From Strigamia acuminata (Eukaryota): DNA of 64,000 bases. A program made the position numbers and the translations under genes. Numbering within the stretch: position 1 is the first letter of the stretch; every line of letters begins with the position of its first letter. The notes beneath the pieces are model-generated. The model was not told the DNA's origin, did not search any database, and worked only from the letters and a program-made list of their open reading frames with translations. This document shows positions 47,713-59,083 of this stretch, in pieces. The stretch lies in NCBI GenBank assembly GCA_949358305.1, contig OX442314.1, positions 7,750,001 to 7,814,000 on the forward strand, given 5' to 3'.

Positions 47713-50700
47713 ATGAGTGACACGGATCCAAACAAAATGAAAGTTGTGGATCTAAGGTCTGAGTTGGGCCAGCGCGGGTTAGACACAAAAGGTAACAAAG
47801 CCGCACTGGTGCAAAGGTTGCAAGAGGCGTTGGACAAGGAGAAAACTAATGCGACTGAAGGTGAATTTAAACACTCGTAATCCGTTCAAACTTAATCGAA
47901 AACACGTTCTAACACATTCCCACGTTATTCGCTCGCTTAATTTAACGTCAATCGACCTTTTCGCACACTTTTTTCCACATAATCTCTCACTTTTTCGTTA
48001 GGCCTAACATTGATAATGCAATTTTGACCGGTTTTTTCGCGATGCAAAATTTGGTTTTTAACGCTTGTTTTGTGTGCATAGGTGACGAAGGAATCGAGGA
48101 TCAAAGCAATACGTCCGAATCGATGGAGGAAATAGTCGAGGGGAAGGTAAAAAGGGAAGAGAAAACGGTATGAAATGTGTTGTGTGGATATTTGGTGTTT
48201 TTTGGGGTTTTTTGGTTGGTGGTTTTGGGTTTTTTGGGTTTTGGGTTGTGTTTTTGGGGTTTTTGGGGGGTTGTGGTTGGGGAATTGAGTGTTTTGAGTC
48301 GTTTGTCAAAAATGGCGGCGGTTAACAATTGTTGTTGTTTGGTGCCGGATGCGCTGTAAAGTTGGATTTATCGCGATTTGGGAGTGTTTGGCGGTTGGGA
48401 ATTGGATTTTGGGGGTTGTTTGGCAATTTGGCGGGTTTTTTAGGGGGGTTTTTATTGATGAAAATTGGTTTTTTGGTGTAATTTAATTTTTTGGGTTTTT
48501 ATTGAAAAAAATTGGATTTTTGGGAATTTTTGTTAGAAAAATTGGATTTTTGAGTGGTTTTTATTGACAAATTGAATTGTTGTGGATTTTTTATTGACAA
48601 AATTGAATTTTTTGACAATTTTTATTGAAAATGTTGAATTTTTCGATTATTTTTACTGAAAATGTTGAATTTTTCGATTATTTTTACTGAAAATGTTGAA
48701 TTTTTCGATTATTTTTACTGAAAATGTTGAATTATTCGATTATTTTTACTGAAAATGTTGAATTATTCGATTATTTTTACTGAAAATGTTGAATTTTTCG
48801 ATTATTTTTACTGAAAATGTTGAATTTTTCGATTATTCTACTGGAAAAAATGGATTTTTTGATAAAATTATTTTAAAAAAATTATAAATTCTCATGTTTA
48901 TTTTTTTTTTCTAGGAAATCGACGTTAAAAAGGATCAAACAGCGACAGATGCGACCGATCTATCAAAACCAGCACTAGCCGATGTAAATAAACAATCAAC
49001 ACCCCAAAAAATCAACAAAAACTAACCCAAATTTTCGCCATTTCCAGGAGAACACTTCGGAACTGCAAACAGAAAACAACGAAGACAGCGATAAAAACGA
49101 CGAATCGAACGACGAACCAATGGATCTGAAAACAACCACAACAAAAGAAGAGACCGACCCGGTCGAACCGAGCGAAACCGACGAAACCAATGCAGAAAGT
49201 AAAAAAAAAATAAAAATAAAAAAAAAATAAAAAAATCGTATTAATCCGTTCCCAACCAGGCAAAGAAGACGAAAGCAACTCGGAAAGTCAACCTCCGGAC
49301 GAGGAAAAGAAACCGGAAGTGGCCAAAGATCCGTCTCCAGACGGAAACGAAGAAAAAGCGAAAGACTTGAGCCAAACCAAAGACGACGACGACGAAGTGG
49401 CCGAGAATTTGAGCCGCGACAACGAAGTGGCGACCGATCTGAGCCGCGACAACACGGTCGCGATGGACCTGCAGTCGCAGGGCGACGCTCAGATGGAGAA
49501 TGGGGGTCTGAAGGATGAGGACGACCAACGGCGGGGCGAGAAACGACGTCGTTCGCAGTCGCCGGTGCCGTTGGGTGGGGAGAGACGGAGAAACAGGTCG
49601 CGCTCGCGATCTCATGAGCGGAAAAGGTATACAGGGGTGCGGTGGTGACGGGCGAACGAGAAAAAGGCGGGCGTTTGGTCGCCCCGGTTCGGTTTTAGGC
49701 CTTTTTCGATCGTTTGTGCGTCGCTGCGTGCGCCGGTTGGGCTTTTTTTTGTTTGTTTTCTCGATTTTAAGTCGATTTGAATGGGGAATTTAATCGTTCA
49801 AGCAGGGAGTTGTGTCTGTGTGTTGTTTGTGTCGAAAGATTTTATTTTTATGTTTTTTTTTTTTTGTTGTTTTTTGGGGGAAGATTGGGAATGAGTTGTG
49901 AGGATGGTGGGCGCCATGTTGGGAAGTTGTAGATTTGGGTTTTTGGAGTTTTGGTTTGATTTTTTTTTTGTTTTTTGGGGGTTGGGGATGTATTAGGAGG
50001 GTTTTGGGTTTTTTTTGGTTTTTTGTAGTGGGGGAAGGGGTTTTGAAACGGTTTAAGCGTGGATTTGGCGAGGTTTGGTACGTAGCGAAGGAATCAAGAT
50101 GGCGTATGCGATGCCCGGATGTTGGGACGGGAAGTTTTGGTTGTTTTTTAGTGGGATTGGTTTAGATTTTGATTTATTTTTGTTTGAAAAGTTAAAATGA
50201 ATAGCGGGAGAGATTTTTTGATGTAAATTAAATAATTTTAGTGGGATTTTTGATCGAAAATGGAAATGGAAATGGCAGTCGTGTCCGTTGGGCGGGAAAT
50301 TTGAAATGTAGAATAGAAAATGCGTAGGAAATGGCGGTCATGTCCGTTGGGCGGGAAATTTGAATTGTTTTTGCACTGTAGAATAGAAAATGCGTAAAAA
50401 TTAGATTTTTTGGTTGGGGATTTTGATGAAATTCATGAAGGGGGAAAAAAATGGCGGCCCGGAAATTCCCAATTTTCCCCTTTTTTTGTTTAGTATAAAA
50501 AAAAAATTAGAAAAAAAAAAGACATTTGGACAATATATTTTGAAAAAAAGAAAAAAAAGAAAAGAATTGGTTTACATAATTGAATTTGACCCAAGGAACC
50601 GTCGATCTACAAGTCGATCGCCATCCCGCTCGCCTCGACGGCGTCACCGATCGAAATCTCGTTCCCGTTCGCCGCGAGACCGAAGACATTCGCCCATGAG

Positions 50701-52073
50701 ACGGTAAGACGGTTAAGTACACGAAAAAAAAAAAGAAAAAAAAATATAAAAATTGACTTTAAAAATATAAAAATCGAATTTTAATTTATTTTTAAAAAGT
50801 AGAAGAAAAAAAATTGAATTTTTGAGAAAAAAAATGGAAAATTTGAGAAAAATTTGAGAAAAATTTGAGAAAAATTGAGAAAAATAGCAAAACAGACACA
50901 AACGAAAGACATGTAATGTAAAAATCTCTCTCTCTCCCTGCTTGGGTCGTTTGTTGCTCAAATATAGCTGATTAATGCGGATGTTTTAGACTTTAGAGCA
51001 CAGTTTTTGTAGTTATTTTGTTGTGACACGGCGCTACTACTTGTGGGTAATTCGAAATCTATATTCTGACGATTCAGATCACGGTCCAAGTCTCCTCCTA
51101 AAGAAGAACCAGAAGAAGTTTATGATGACTCTGTTGTGACCTTGGATTCATGTTAGTTGACATTTTTGAACGATGTGACTTTTTTTTTTAATATTTTTTT
51201 TTTATATTATTATTATTATATAATTTATTATAATTATTTAAGTTGTGTTATTATTATTTATTTATTTTTAAATGTAAAATTGTTTAATTTTTTTTTTTTT
51301 TTTGGTTTTGTTTTGTTTTTTTGATGTTTTTTCGTTTTGTTGGGATTTTGCAGTCAATTCGGATTTGAATTTGTTGATCAACAAGGAGCGGTATTCGGCG
51401 GATCCGATGATCGAGGATGCGTTTGCGTTCATGTGGTCGGGAGCAAGGGCCACTTATGGGTTTGCGAAGGGGAAGGTGTTTTTTGAAATTAAGGTGAGAA
51501 ATTTGGAAAAGAATGTGTGTGGTGTGCTGCCTCGAGTTAACGCCGGGTTCTAATAGGGGCTGGGGCTTGATTGAGATTTTGTGGTTGTGACGATGATGAT
51601 TAACACTTTTTGGTCTTCTTTCCCTGGCTGATGAAACCGTGATGGATAAATAGTGTTGGATCTGAGTTTAATTTGTTATCTAAAAGAATTATTTGCTAAT
51701 TTTTGGTTTAAATGTGGAAATTTTAAAAATAATTGGTCTAAAAATGGAAATTTTGCAATTTTTTGGTTTAAAAAATGGAAAATTTGCAATTTTTTGGTTT
51801 AAGAAATGGAAAATTTGCAATATGTTGTTTTAAAAAATGGAAAATTTGCAACTTTTTGGTTTAAAAAATGGAAAATTTGCAACTTTTTGGTTTAAAAAAT
51901 GGAAAATCTGCAAATTTTTCTTGTATTAAAAAAATTGCAAATTTTTAATTTTTTTAATACAAGAAAAATTTGCAGATTAAAAAAGGGAAAATGCAATTTT
52001 TTGGTTTAAAAAGAGGGAAATTAATAAACGCCCGGTGTTTATTTGAGGCAGTACTGTGTTTTTATTTTTATTA

Positions 52074-52104
<31 letters not shown>

Positions 52105-55100
52105 TTTAGGTTTTAAAGGATTTGGATGTTCATCATTTGCCGGAAGATGAGGAGAATAAGCACGGGGTTCGCATTGGAGTTTCGGCGCAGTCGGCTTCTT
52201 TGCAATTGGGTATGGTGTTGCTTTTAGTTATTTGTGGATTTTTTTAAAAAAAATTTAATTTATTTATTTTTTTATTAGGCGAAGATCCGTTGTCATATAG
52301 TTATGATGGGACCGGAAAGTCGTCGACGAATTGCGTTTTTAATGATTTTGGGGCCACGTTTGGCGAAGGAGACTCTGTCGCTTGTTTTATGGTTTGTTTT
52401 ATTTGCTATTTTGGTTTTTGGAATCGGGTTTATCAATTTGGTAATCAATTAATTGATTATCTGTCATTTTGGTAATCAATTAATTGATTGTCTTTTTTTT
52501 AAATGATATTATTGACTTTTTTGTTTATTTTTCATTTTTTTTAAAGTGAAATTGTACGATTTTATCACTTTTTGTAATGAAATTAGCCGATTCTATCACT
52601 TTTGAAATTATTTTAAACGAAATTATTAATTTTTTTTTAATTTTATCAGTTTACGAATGAAATTATCAATAATTTTACTGAAATTGTCAATAATTTTACC
52701 GAAATTTCAATTATTTGTGAAATTTTATCACTTTTTAATTGAAATTGTCAATAATTTACATTTGATTACAATTGTTTGTTTATTCTTGCAGAATCTTGAC
52801 GACGATCCGGTGGAGATAACATTTGCCAAAAACGGCGAAATCCAAGGCGTTGCGTTCTCCGTCCCGCGCGAAGAACTCGGCGAAGACGCGGCGCTATTCC
52901 CCCACGTCCTCACTAAAAACTGCTCGTTCGAAGTGAACTTCGGACAAAAGGAAGCAACGTTCTCAACGTTGCCCGAAAACTACCAAGACTACGTCATCGT
53001 CGGAAACGTCCCTCTCGAGGAGCGAATCCGCGGCACCCAGGGCCCCAAAACGAAGGCCGAGTGCGAGGTAAACCCGTCTAGGCCCGCTTTTAGACCGAAA
53101 AAACGTCTAAAATGGCTTTTATTTGCAGGTGATCATGATGTGCGGGCTCCCCGGAAGCGGGAAGTCGGCCTGGGTCGCCGAATACGTGGGGAAGAACGCG
53201 GAGAAGTCGTACACGGTGCTGGGAACCAACGTCGTGATCGACAAAATGAAGGTTGGTCGCGAGGTTTGTTGTGATCGGCGGTTGTGAGAAATTTTGTTTG
53301 TTTTAGGTGAATGGGGCGCCGCGAAAGGAGCATTACAGCGGGCGCTGGGAGTCGTTGGTCGAGAAGGCTGGCAACTGCGTGAACCGGTTGGCCGAGGCGG
53401 CGTCCAGATCTAAGCGCAACTATATTCTCGATCAGGTAGACTAGTGGGTGTTGATTGAGTGAGAGGAATTGTGGTTTTGGTTTTTTTTTTTTTTTTTTGT
53501 TTTTTTTTTTTTTTATCTGAGGGAATTCGGTAAATTGGTTGAGATTTTGGTGAGAGGTTGGTCGATTGTGGTGAGAAATGGTGGCTTTGAAGCGAAATTT
53601 ATTGGTTGATTAGATTTTTCGATTTGATGGTTTGTGAAATAAGTAAATTTTGACATTTTAGGTTATATTTTTAACCAAAATTATTTGAGATGACGAAATG
53701 TCGACATTTTTCGGACCAAAATTATGTGAAATGATAAAATTTCACCCTTTTTCGCATCAAAATCGTGTGAAATGACAAAATTTCGCCATTTTCGAACAAA
53801 AAACCTGTGAAATAACAAAATATATACATTTTTCGAACCAAAATCGAGTTAAATGAGCAAAGTTTACCATTTTTCGAACCAAAATCATGTGAAATGACAA
53901 ACTTTCACCCTTTTTCGAACCAAAATCCTGTTAAATGACATAATTTCATCATTTTTCGAACCAAAACCATGTGAAATGACGAAATTTTTCGAATTTAAAT
54001 CGTGTGAAATTATCGACGTTTTTCGAACAAAAACATGAAATATTTATTGAAATGAATCGAAATTTGGAATCGCCATTTTCCCTCAATTTTTTGAACCAAA
54101 ATACCGAAAAATATTTGATCTTTGTCGAATAATTTAAAAATCTACAAATATTTACCGACTTCTCTCTGTTTTGGTTCATTGGATTTTATTTTTGGGTTAA
54201 AAAAATATCAAAAGGTGAGTTAAATACATATATTTTTTTTTATTGTAATTTTTAAAACATTGTTTAAAAATTATGTTTAAAAAAAAATATATTTAAAAAA
54301 AAAGTGAACGATTTAAAAACTAATCTTTTTAAGGTAAGTTTTTCATTTACCCATCTCGGATCATGAATAGAAAGCCGAAACTCAAGGTTGGTGTTTCCTC
54401 CATTTTTCTTATTCTATTATTTAAAAAAATCGTGATCCCGAGGAGAGAGAGATTAGTTTGACTAAATGTCAATAGGGGAATAATTCAACCAATCGCAAGG
54501 TGCGTGCACCTGATATATACACAGTCGTTTTTAGAAATCCAATGGCTAGCTGCAGACCAATGCGGTAAGTTTTAAGCATAAATAAAAAGACACGGAAGGC
54601 TCGTTAAAATGGAAAAACAAATATAAAAAACAAAAAGCAGTCTTACTTTGTCTAGAACTTATCATTGCAGAGCCTTCAACGATAATTAGCAGCGCCGAAG
54701 ATAATTTGAGTGGGGTTGGGTGTTGGGAAAATGAGATTTGGAAAAAAGAAAAGAAAAAAAAACGGAAGAAAATTTTTTTTTTTTGATAAATTGTTGAAAA
54801 TGAAATGAAAAATCGCTCACGTCGGAGTTGATCGTATTCTTTGTCCACATCCACTAGACCAATGTGTTTGCATCGGCCCAGAGACGCAAAATGCGGCCTT
54901 TTGAAGGTTTCAAGCGCAGAGCTGTAGTGCTCGTGCCAACGGATGAGGAATTCAAAACCCGAATTGCCAAACACGAAAAAGAGGAAGTCAAAGATGTGTC
55001 GGATAATGCTGTATTGGAAATGAAAGGTAGGGATTATTATGACGAGATGTAAGAAATGCAAGAAATATCTATCTGCAAAAAAAAATTGGTTGATTTTGAT

Positions 55101-57993
55101 TTTATTAGTGTGATTTTTATGGTTTTTCGTTTTTGATCGTTTCTGGTTTTCCGTAGCGCAGCGGCCATGTTGGCAAATGGACGGCGGGTGCGGAGATGGA
55201 AGTTTTTAATTTTATTTTTGTTTTGTTTTAGAGTGAATACCGGGAGTGAAATTCGGGATTATTTTTTTAAGTTTTTGGTGTTTTGTTTGTTTTAAAATGA
55301 TTTTTGTGTTTTTTTGTTTAGCTAATTTTATGCTGCCGGATGTGGGCACTTTTTTCGAGGAGGTTGAGTTCGCAGAGTTGCCGCTGAAAGAGGCTGCGGA
55401 GTTGATCGAGACTTACCGCAAGGAGGGAAGAGCCAGTCTGCCGCAAGATAAGCCGAGGTTCCGATCGGGGGATAGAGGCGGGCAGAGAGGCGGTGGAAGG
55501 TTCGGGCACTCGCAGTCTCATTCTAGGGATCGAGATAGTCGGGGTGAGTTTGAGGTGGTTTTTGGAGTGGTTGTGACGATGATGATTAACACTTTTTGGT
55601 CTTCTTTCCCTGGCTGATGAAACCATGATGGATAAATAGTGTTGGATCTGAGTTTAATTTGTTTGCTAGCTAAAAGAAATGTAAAATTTGCAATTTTTTG
55701 GTCTAAAAAATGGAAATTTTGAAATTTTTTGGTCTGAAAAGTGGAAATGTGCAATTTTTTGGTCTGAAATGTTGAAAATTTGCCATTTTTTGGTCTAAAA
55801 AGTTAAAATTTTGCAAATTTTTGGTCTGGAAAGTGGAAAATTTGTAATTTTTGGGAATGAAAAATGGAAAATCTGCAATTTTTGAGTCTAAAATGAAAAA
55901 TTGGCAAATTTTTGGTCTAAAACGTAGAAAATCTGCAGATTTATCGTGTAAAAGAATGGAAAATAAGCGATTTTATGGTCTAAAAAGTGGGAAATTTGTT
56001 AATTTAAATCTAAATCAGCAATTAAGAGTTTTCAAATTTATATTTTGTAAATTTTAAATTTCCCGCCTAGAAAATGGAAAATTTGTAATTTAACGGTTTA
56101 ATAACTGAAAATTGCAATTTTGGATCTAAAATATTTGGAAATTTTACGTTTTTGGTCTAAAAAAATTAGAAATTTTACGTTTTGGGTCTAAAATATTGAA
56201 AAAGTTGTTAAAACGAAAAGTGAAATAATTGTTCTCGAATGCATTGCAGGCCGTAATGACGATCGCCGGGGTTACAACTCGCCCAGCCGAGGCGGCGGAT
56301 ACAGTTCGCCCGGTCGCGGAGGCAGCGGCGGAGGAAGCAGTTTGGGTGCCGGATACGGCGGCTACAGAGACACGCGTAATTCAGGTGGATACAATAGGGG
56401 TAAGGGCCGAAAATTCTCTCGCTAACTCGATTGTTTACTGTGATGAACAACACTATTTAATGTCGTCTTTTCCCGTCTGACAAACGATGAGCGACGTTTT
56501 GTGTGAATCTGAGTTTTGGCTCGTTTAAGCGCATTTTTTTTACTTTGTCTATTTTTATTTTCGTGTTTTTATTCTTGTTTTTGGTTTTGTAGGTCAAGTT
56601 TCGCAGTATCACGGAGGCGGGATGGATCGTGGACGGAACCAGCACTCGGGAGGCAGAGGGCCGCCGCGCATGAATCGTTATGGGTCGTACAATCGTGATA
56701 GATCGTATAATATGCAGATGAATAGAGATCAGGTATGGTTCATGTCGAATGGGAAAATTTTTGTTGAGTTTGTTGGGATTTAAGTAAAAATTTGCAATTT
56801 TGTTTTTATTAATTCTGGCGAAACTTTTAGGAAATTTGCAATTTTGTTGAAAGTTATCGGAAAAATTTTCAAAATTATAGAAATATGTCTGAAATAATTT
56901 TCAAAATTATAGAAATTTGTGGGAAAAAAATTTCAAAATTATAGAAATATGTCTGAAATAATTTTCAAAATTATAGAAATTTGTCGGGGAAAATTTTCAA
57001 AATTATAGAAATATGTCTGAAATAATTTTCAAAATTATAGAAATTTGTGGGGAAAAATTTTCAAAATTATAGAAATTTGTGGGGAAAAATTTTCTAAATT
57101 ATAGAAATATGTCTGAAATAATTTTCAAAATTATAGAAATTTGTCGGAAATAATTTTCAAAATTATAGATATTTGTCGGAAATAATTTTCAAAATTATAG
57201 AAATTTGTCGGAAAGATTTTCAAAATTATAGAAATTTGTCGGAAAGATTTTCAAAATTATAGAAATTTGTCGGGAAAAATTGCAAATTTCTAGAAATTTG
57301 TCAGAAATAATTGCAAATTTGTAGAAAATTATGATTTTTTTCCTGCAAATTTGTAGAAACTTGTCGGAATTTTTTTTGCAATTTTGTAGAAATTTATTTT
57401 TTTCGTGCAAACATCGATTTAATTGTTCACATTTGTCTCGCCTGTAGAAGGGATCCGGTCACAGCGGATACCGCGGCAGTGGCAGCAGCAGCCACGGCGG
57501 CGGCGGCTACGGCCAAAACTACGGCTACCAATCTTACAACTACAGCCACGGCGGCGGCTCGGGCTCCGGCTCGGGTGACTACGGCGGCACGCAGACAACC
57601 AACACAGGTTACGGTCAGTCGCACTGGAAACAATCCGGTACAAACCCCCCCAAAACAAACCCAACGAGCGCTCACCCCGAACCCGAACGCATTGCAGGCT
57701 ACGGCGCCAGCCAGGGCTACGGCTCCAGCCAGGGCTACGGCCAGCCCAGCTACGGCCAGTCCGCCTCGCAGAGCAGCAGTTACAGCCAGCAGCCGGCCAG
57801 CACCAACCAGTCGTCGCAGCAGACCCAACAATCCTACTACAATCAGCAACAACAATACTACAACCAACAGTGGAGTCAGTGGAACCAGCAGAACCAACAG
57901 TACTACAACCAGTACTACAACCAGTACTACAACCCGGGGTACGGCGGGTACGGGTCACAGACCGGAAGCGGAAGCAGCAGCCAACAAAAATGA
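47713..57993 (+). CDS. HNRNPUL1: hnRNP U / hnRNP U-like 1 (SAF-A family) protein, ~19 exons
   Basis: SAP domain ([28 protein letters not shown], 47713-47860); acidic and RS-rich region; SPRY ([13 protein letters not shown]...FPHVLTKNC); P-loop [51 protein letters not shown]-rich C-terminus ending TGA at 57991-57993. Confidence 0.9.
48620..48840. repeat. ~31-bp intronic minisatellite
   Basis: tactgaaaatgttgaatttttcgattatttt repeated about 7 times. Confidence 0.9.
51588..51668 (+). ncRNA. Intronic box C/D snoRNA (SNORD12/snR190-like), copy 1
   Basis: Box C ATGATGA 51593, D' CTGA 51628, C' GTGATGG, box D CTGA 51662. The guide GGTCTTCTTTCCCTG is complementary to conserved 28S rRNA CGGGGAAAGAAGACC. 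Confidence 0.8.
55574..55654 (+). ncRNA. Intronic box C/D snoRNA (SNORD12/snR190-like), copy 2
   Basis: Near-identical to 51588-51668 but in a different intron; box C 55579, box D 55648. Confidence 0.8.
56435..56515 (+). ncRNA. Candidate intronic box C/D snoRNA (diverged paralog)
   Basis: GTGATGA 56440, aacact..., gtcgtcttttcccgt-CTGA (D'), CGATGA (C'), at-CTGA-gttt at 56509; lies ~80 nt upstream of the 3' splice site. Confidence 0.6.
56862..57275. repeat. ~28-30-bp intronic minisatellite
   Basis: aattttcaaaattatagaaatttgt(c/g)gg repeated about 14 times. Confidence 0.9.
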
Positions 57994-59083
57994 AATAATA
58001 ACAAGAATAAAATAAAATAAAAGTTGTAAAATTGGGGAAAACAACATTTTAGTATCATTTGGTGGAGATTTATTATTATTTTTCTTTTTATTTCTCTTTA
58101 TTATTTTTAGTCTGCGTAGAGTTAAAGAAATATCAGTCACTCCCTCCATTTGCGCATATTTACCTGTGGAATTATTGTTTTTATTATTATTGTTATTGGA
58201 TTTCGTTTGAATTCGATTCATCAAATGTTTTCTTTCTTTTATTCGTGTATTTTCTTCGCTAGAGTAAATTATTAAACCATTGGTTTATTGTTTTTGTTGG
58301 ATGGCGGAACGGATTTGTTGTTTTTATCTTTTTTTATCTCGTGTTTTTTTTTTTTTGTTTTTTTTTTGTAAGTATAATCTCGTTCTCTATCTATCTATCT
58401 CTCGTTAGATGTATAAAGTGCATGTGGAATATGATCACTGAACTTTACTTTTTTCCTTTCATTCAATAAAAAGATTTTAATCGATCAAACATTTGAGGAA
58501 ATAAATTTTTTTTGAAGTTCGACATTTGAGAAAATTTATTACTTTTCGCTTTAAATCGATGATGGGAATAGCGGCCAATGTGAGGAAAACGCTGGCAACC
58601 AAAACGCTAAAATGCAATCCAATATAAACTTTATTTATTAAATAATCAAAACGCTGGCAAAGAAAATTAATAATTACAAAAACGCTGGCAACGCTGTGCA
58701 CCATAATAATAAGTAATAAATTAATAAATTATAAATAATTATAAGTATTAAAAAAATATTTAAAAAGAAAATGCTAGGTTTTAATTTCAAGAAAATTAAA
58801 TATTTCAAATTAATACAGAAACAAACAACCAAAAAATTGAAATAAACTTGTGTTTAATGCTTTAGAAATTAATTATATATACCATAATTTGTATCTAAAA
58901 TTTACATGTACTATTTATTGTATTAACATTGTTTTTAATTATTTGATATAGCTAATGTCAGTCTTTGCTGTAATTTAGCTTTTTTACCAGATGTAGACAG
59001 GTGGCGAGCTTTCAACTCCCGTTTTAGTTCCATAATCTATAAAGAAGAGAAAAAATATATTGATAAACATATTAAAATCCATG

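Noticed and set aside
57419..58015. Ala/Thr-rich 178-aa ORF and antisense ORFs
   Set aside because: Alternative frames of the G/Y/Q-rich last exons of the hnRNP U-like gene.
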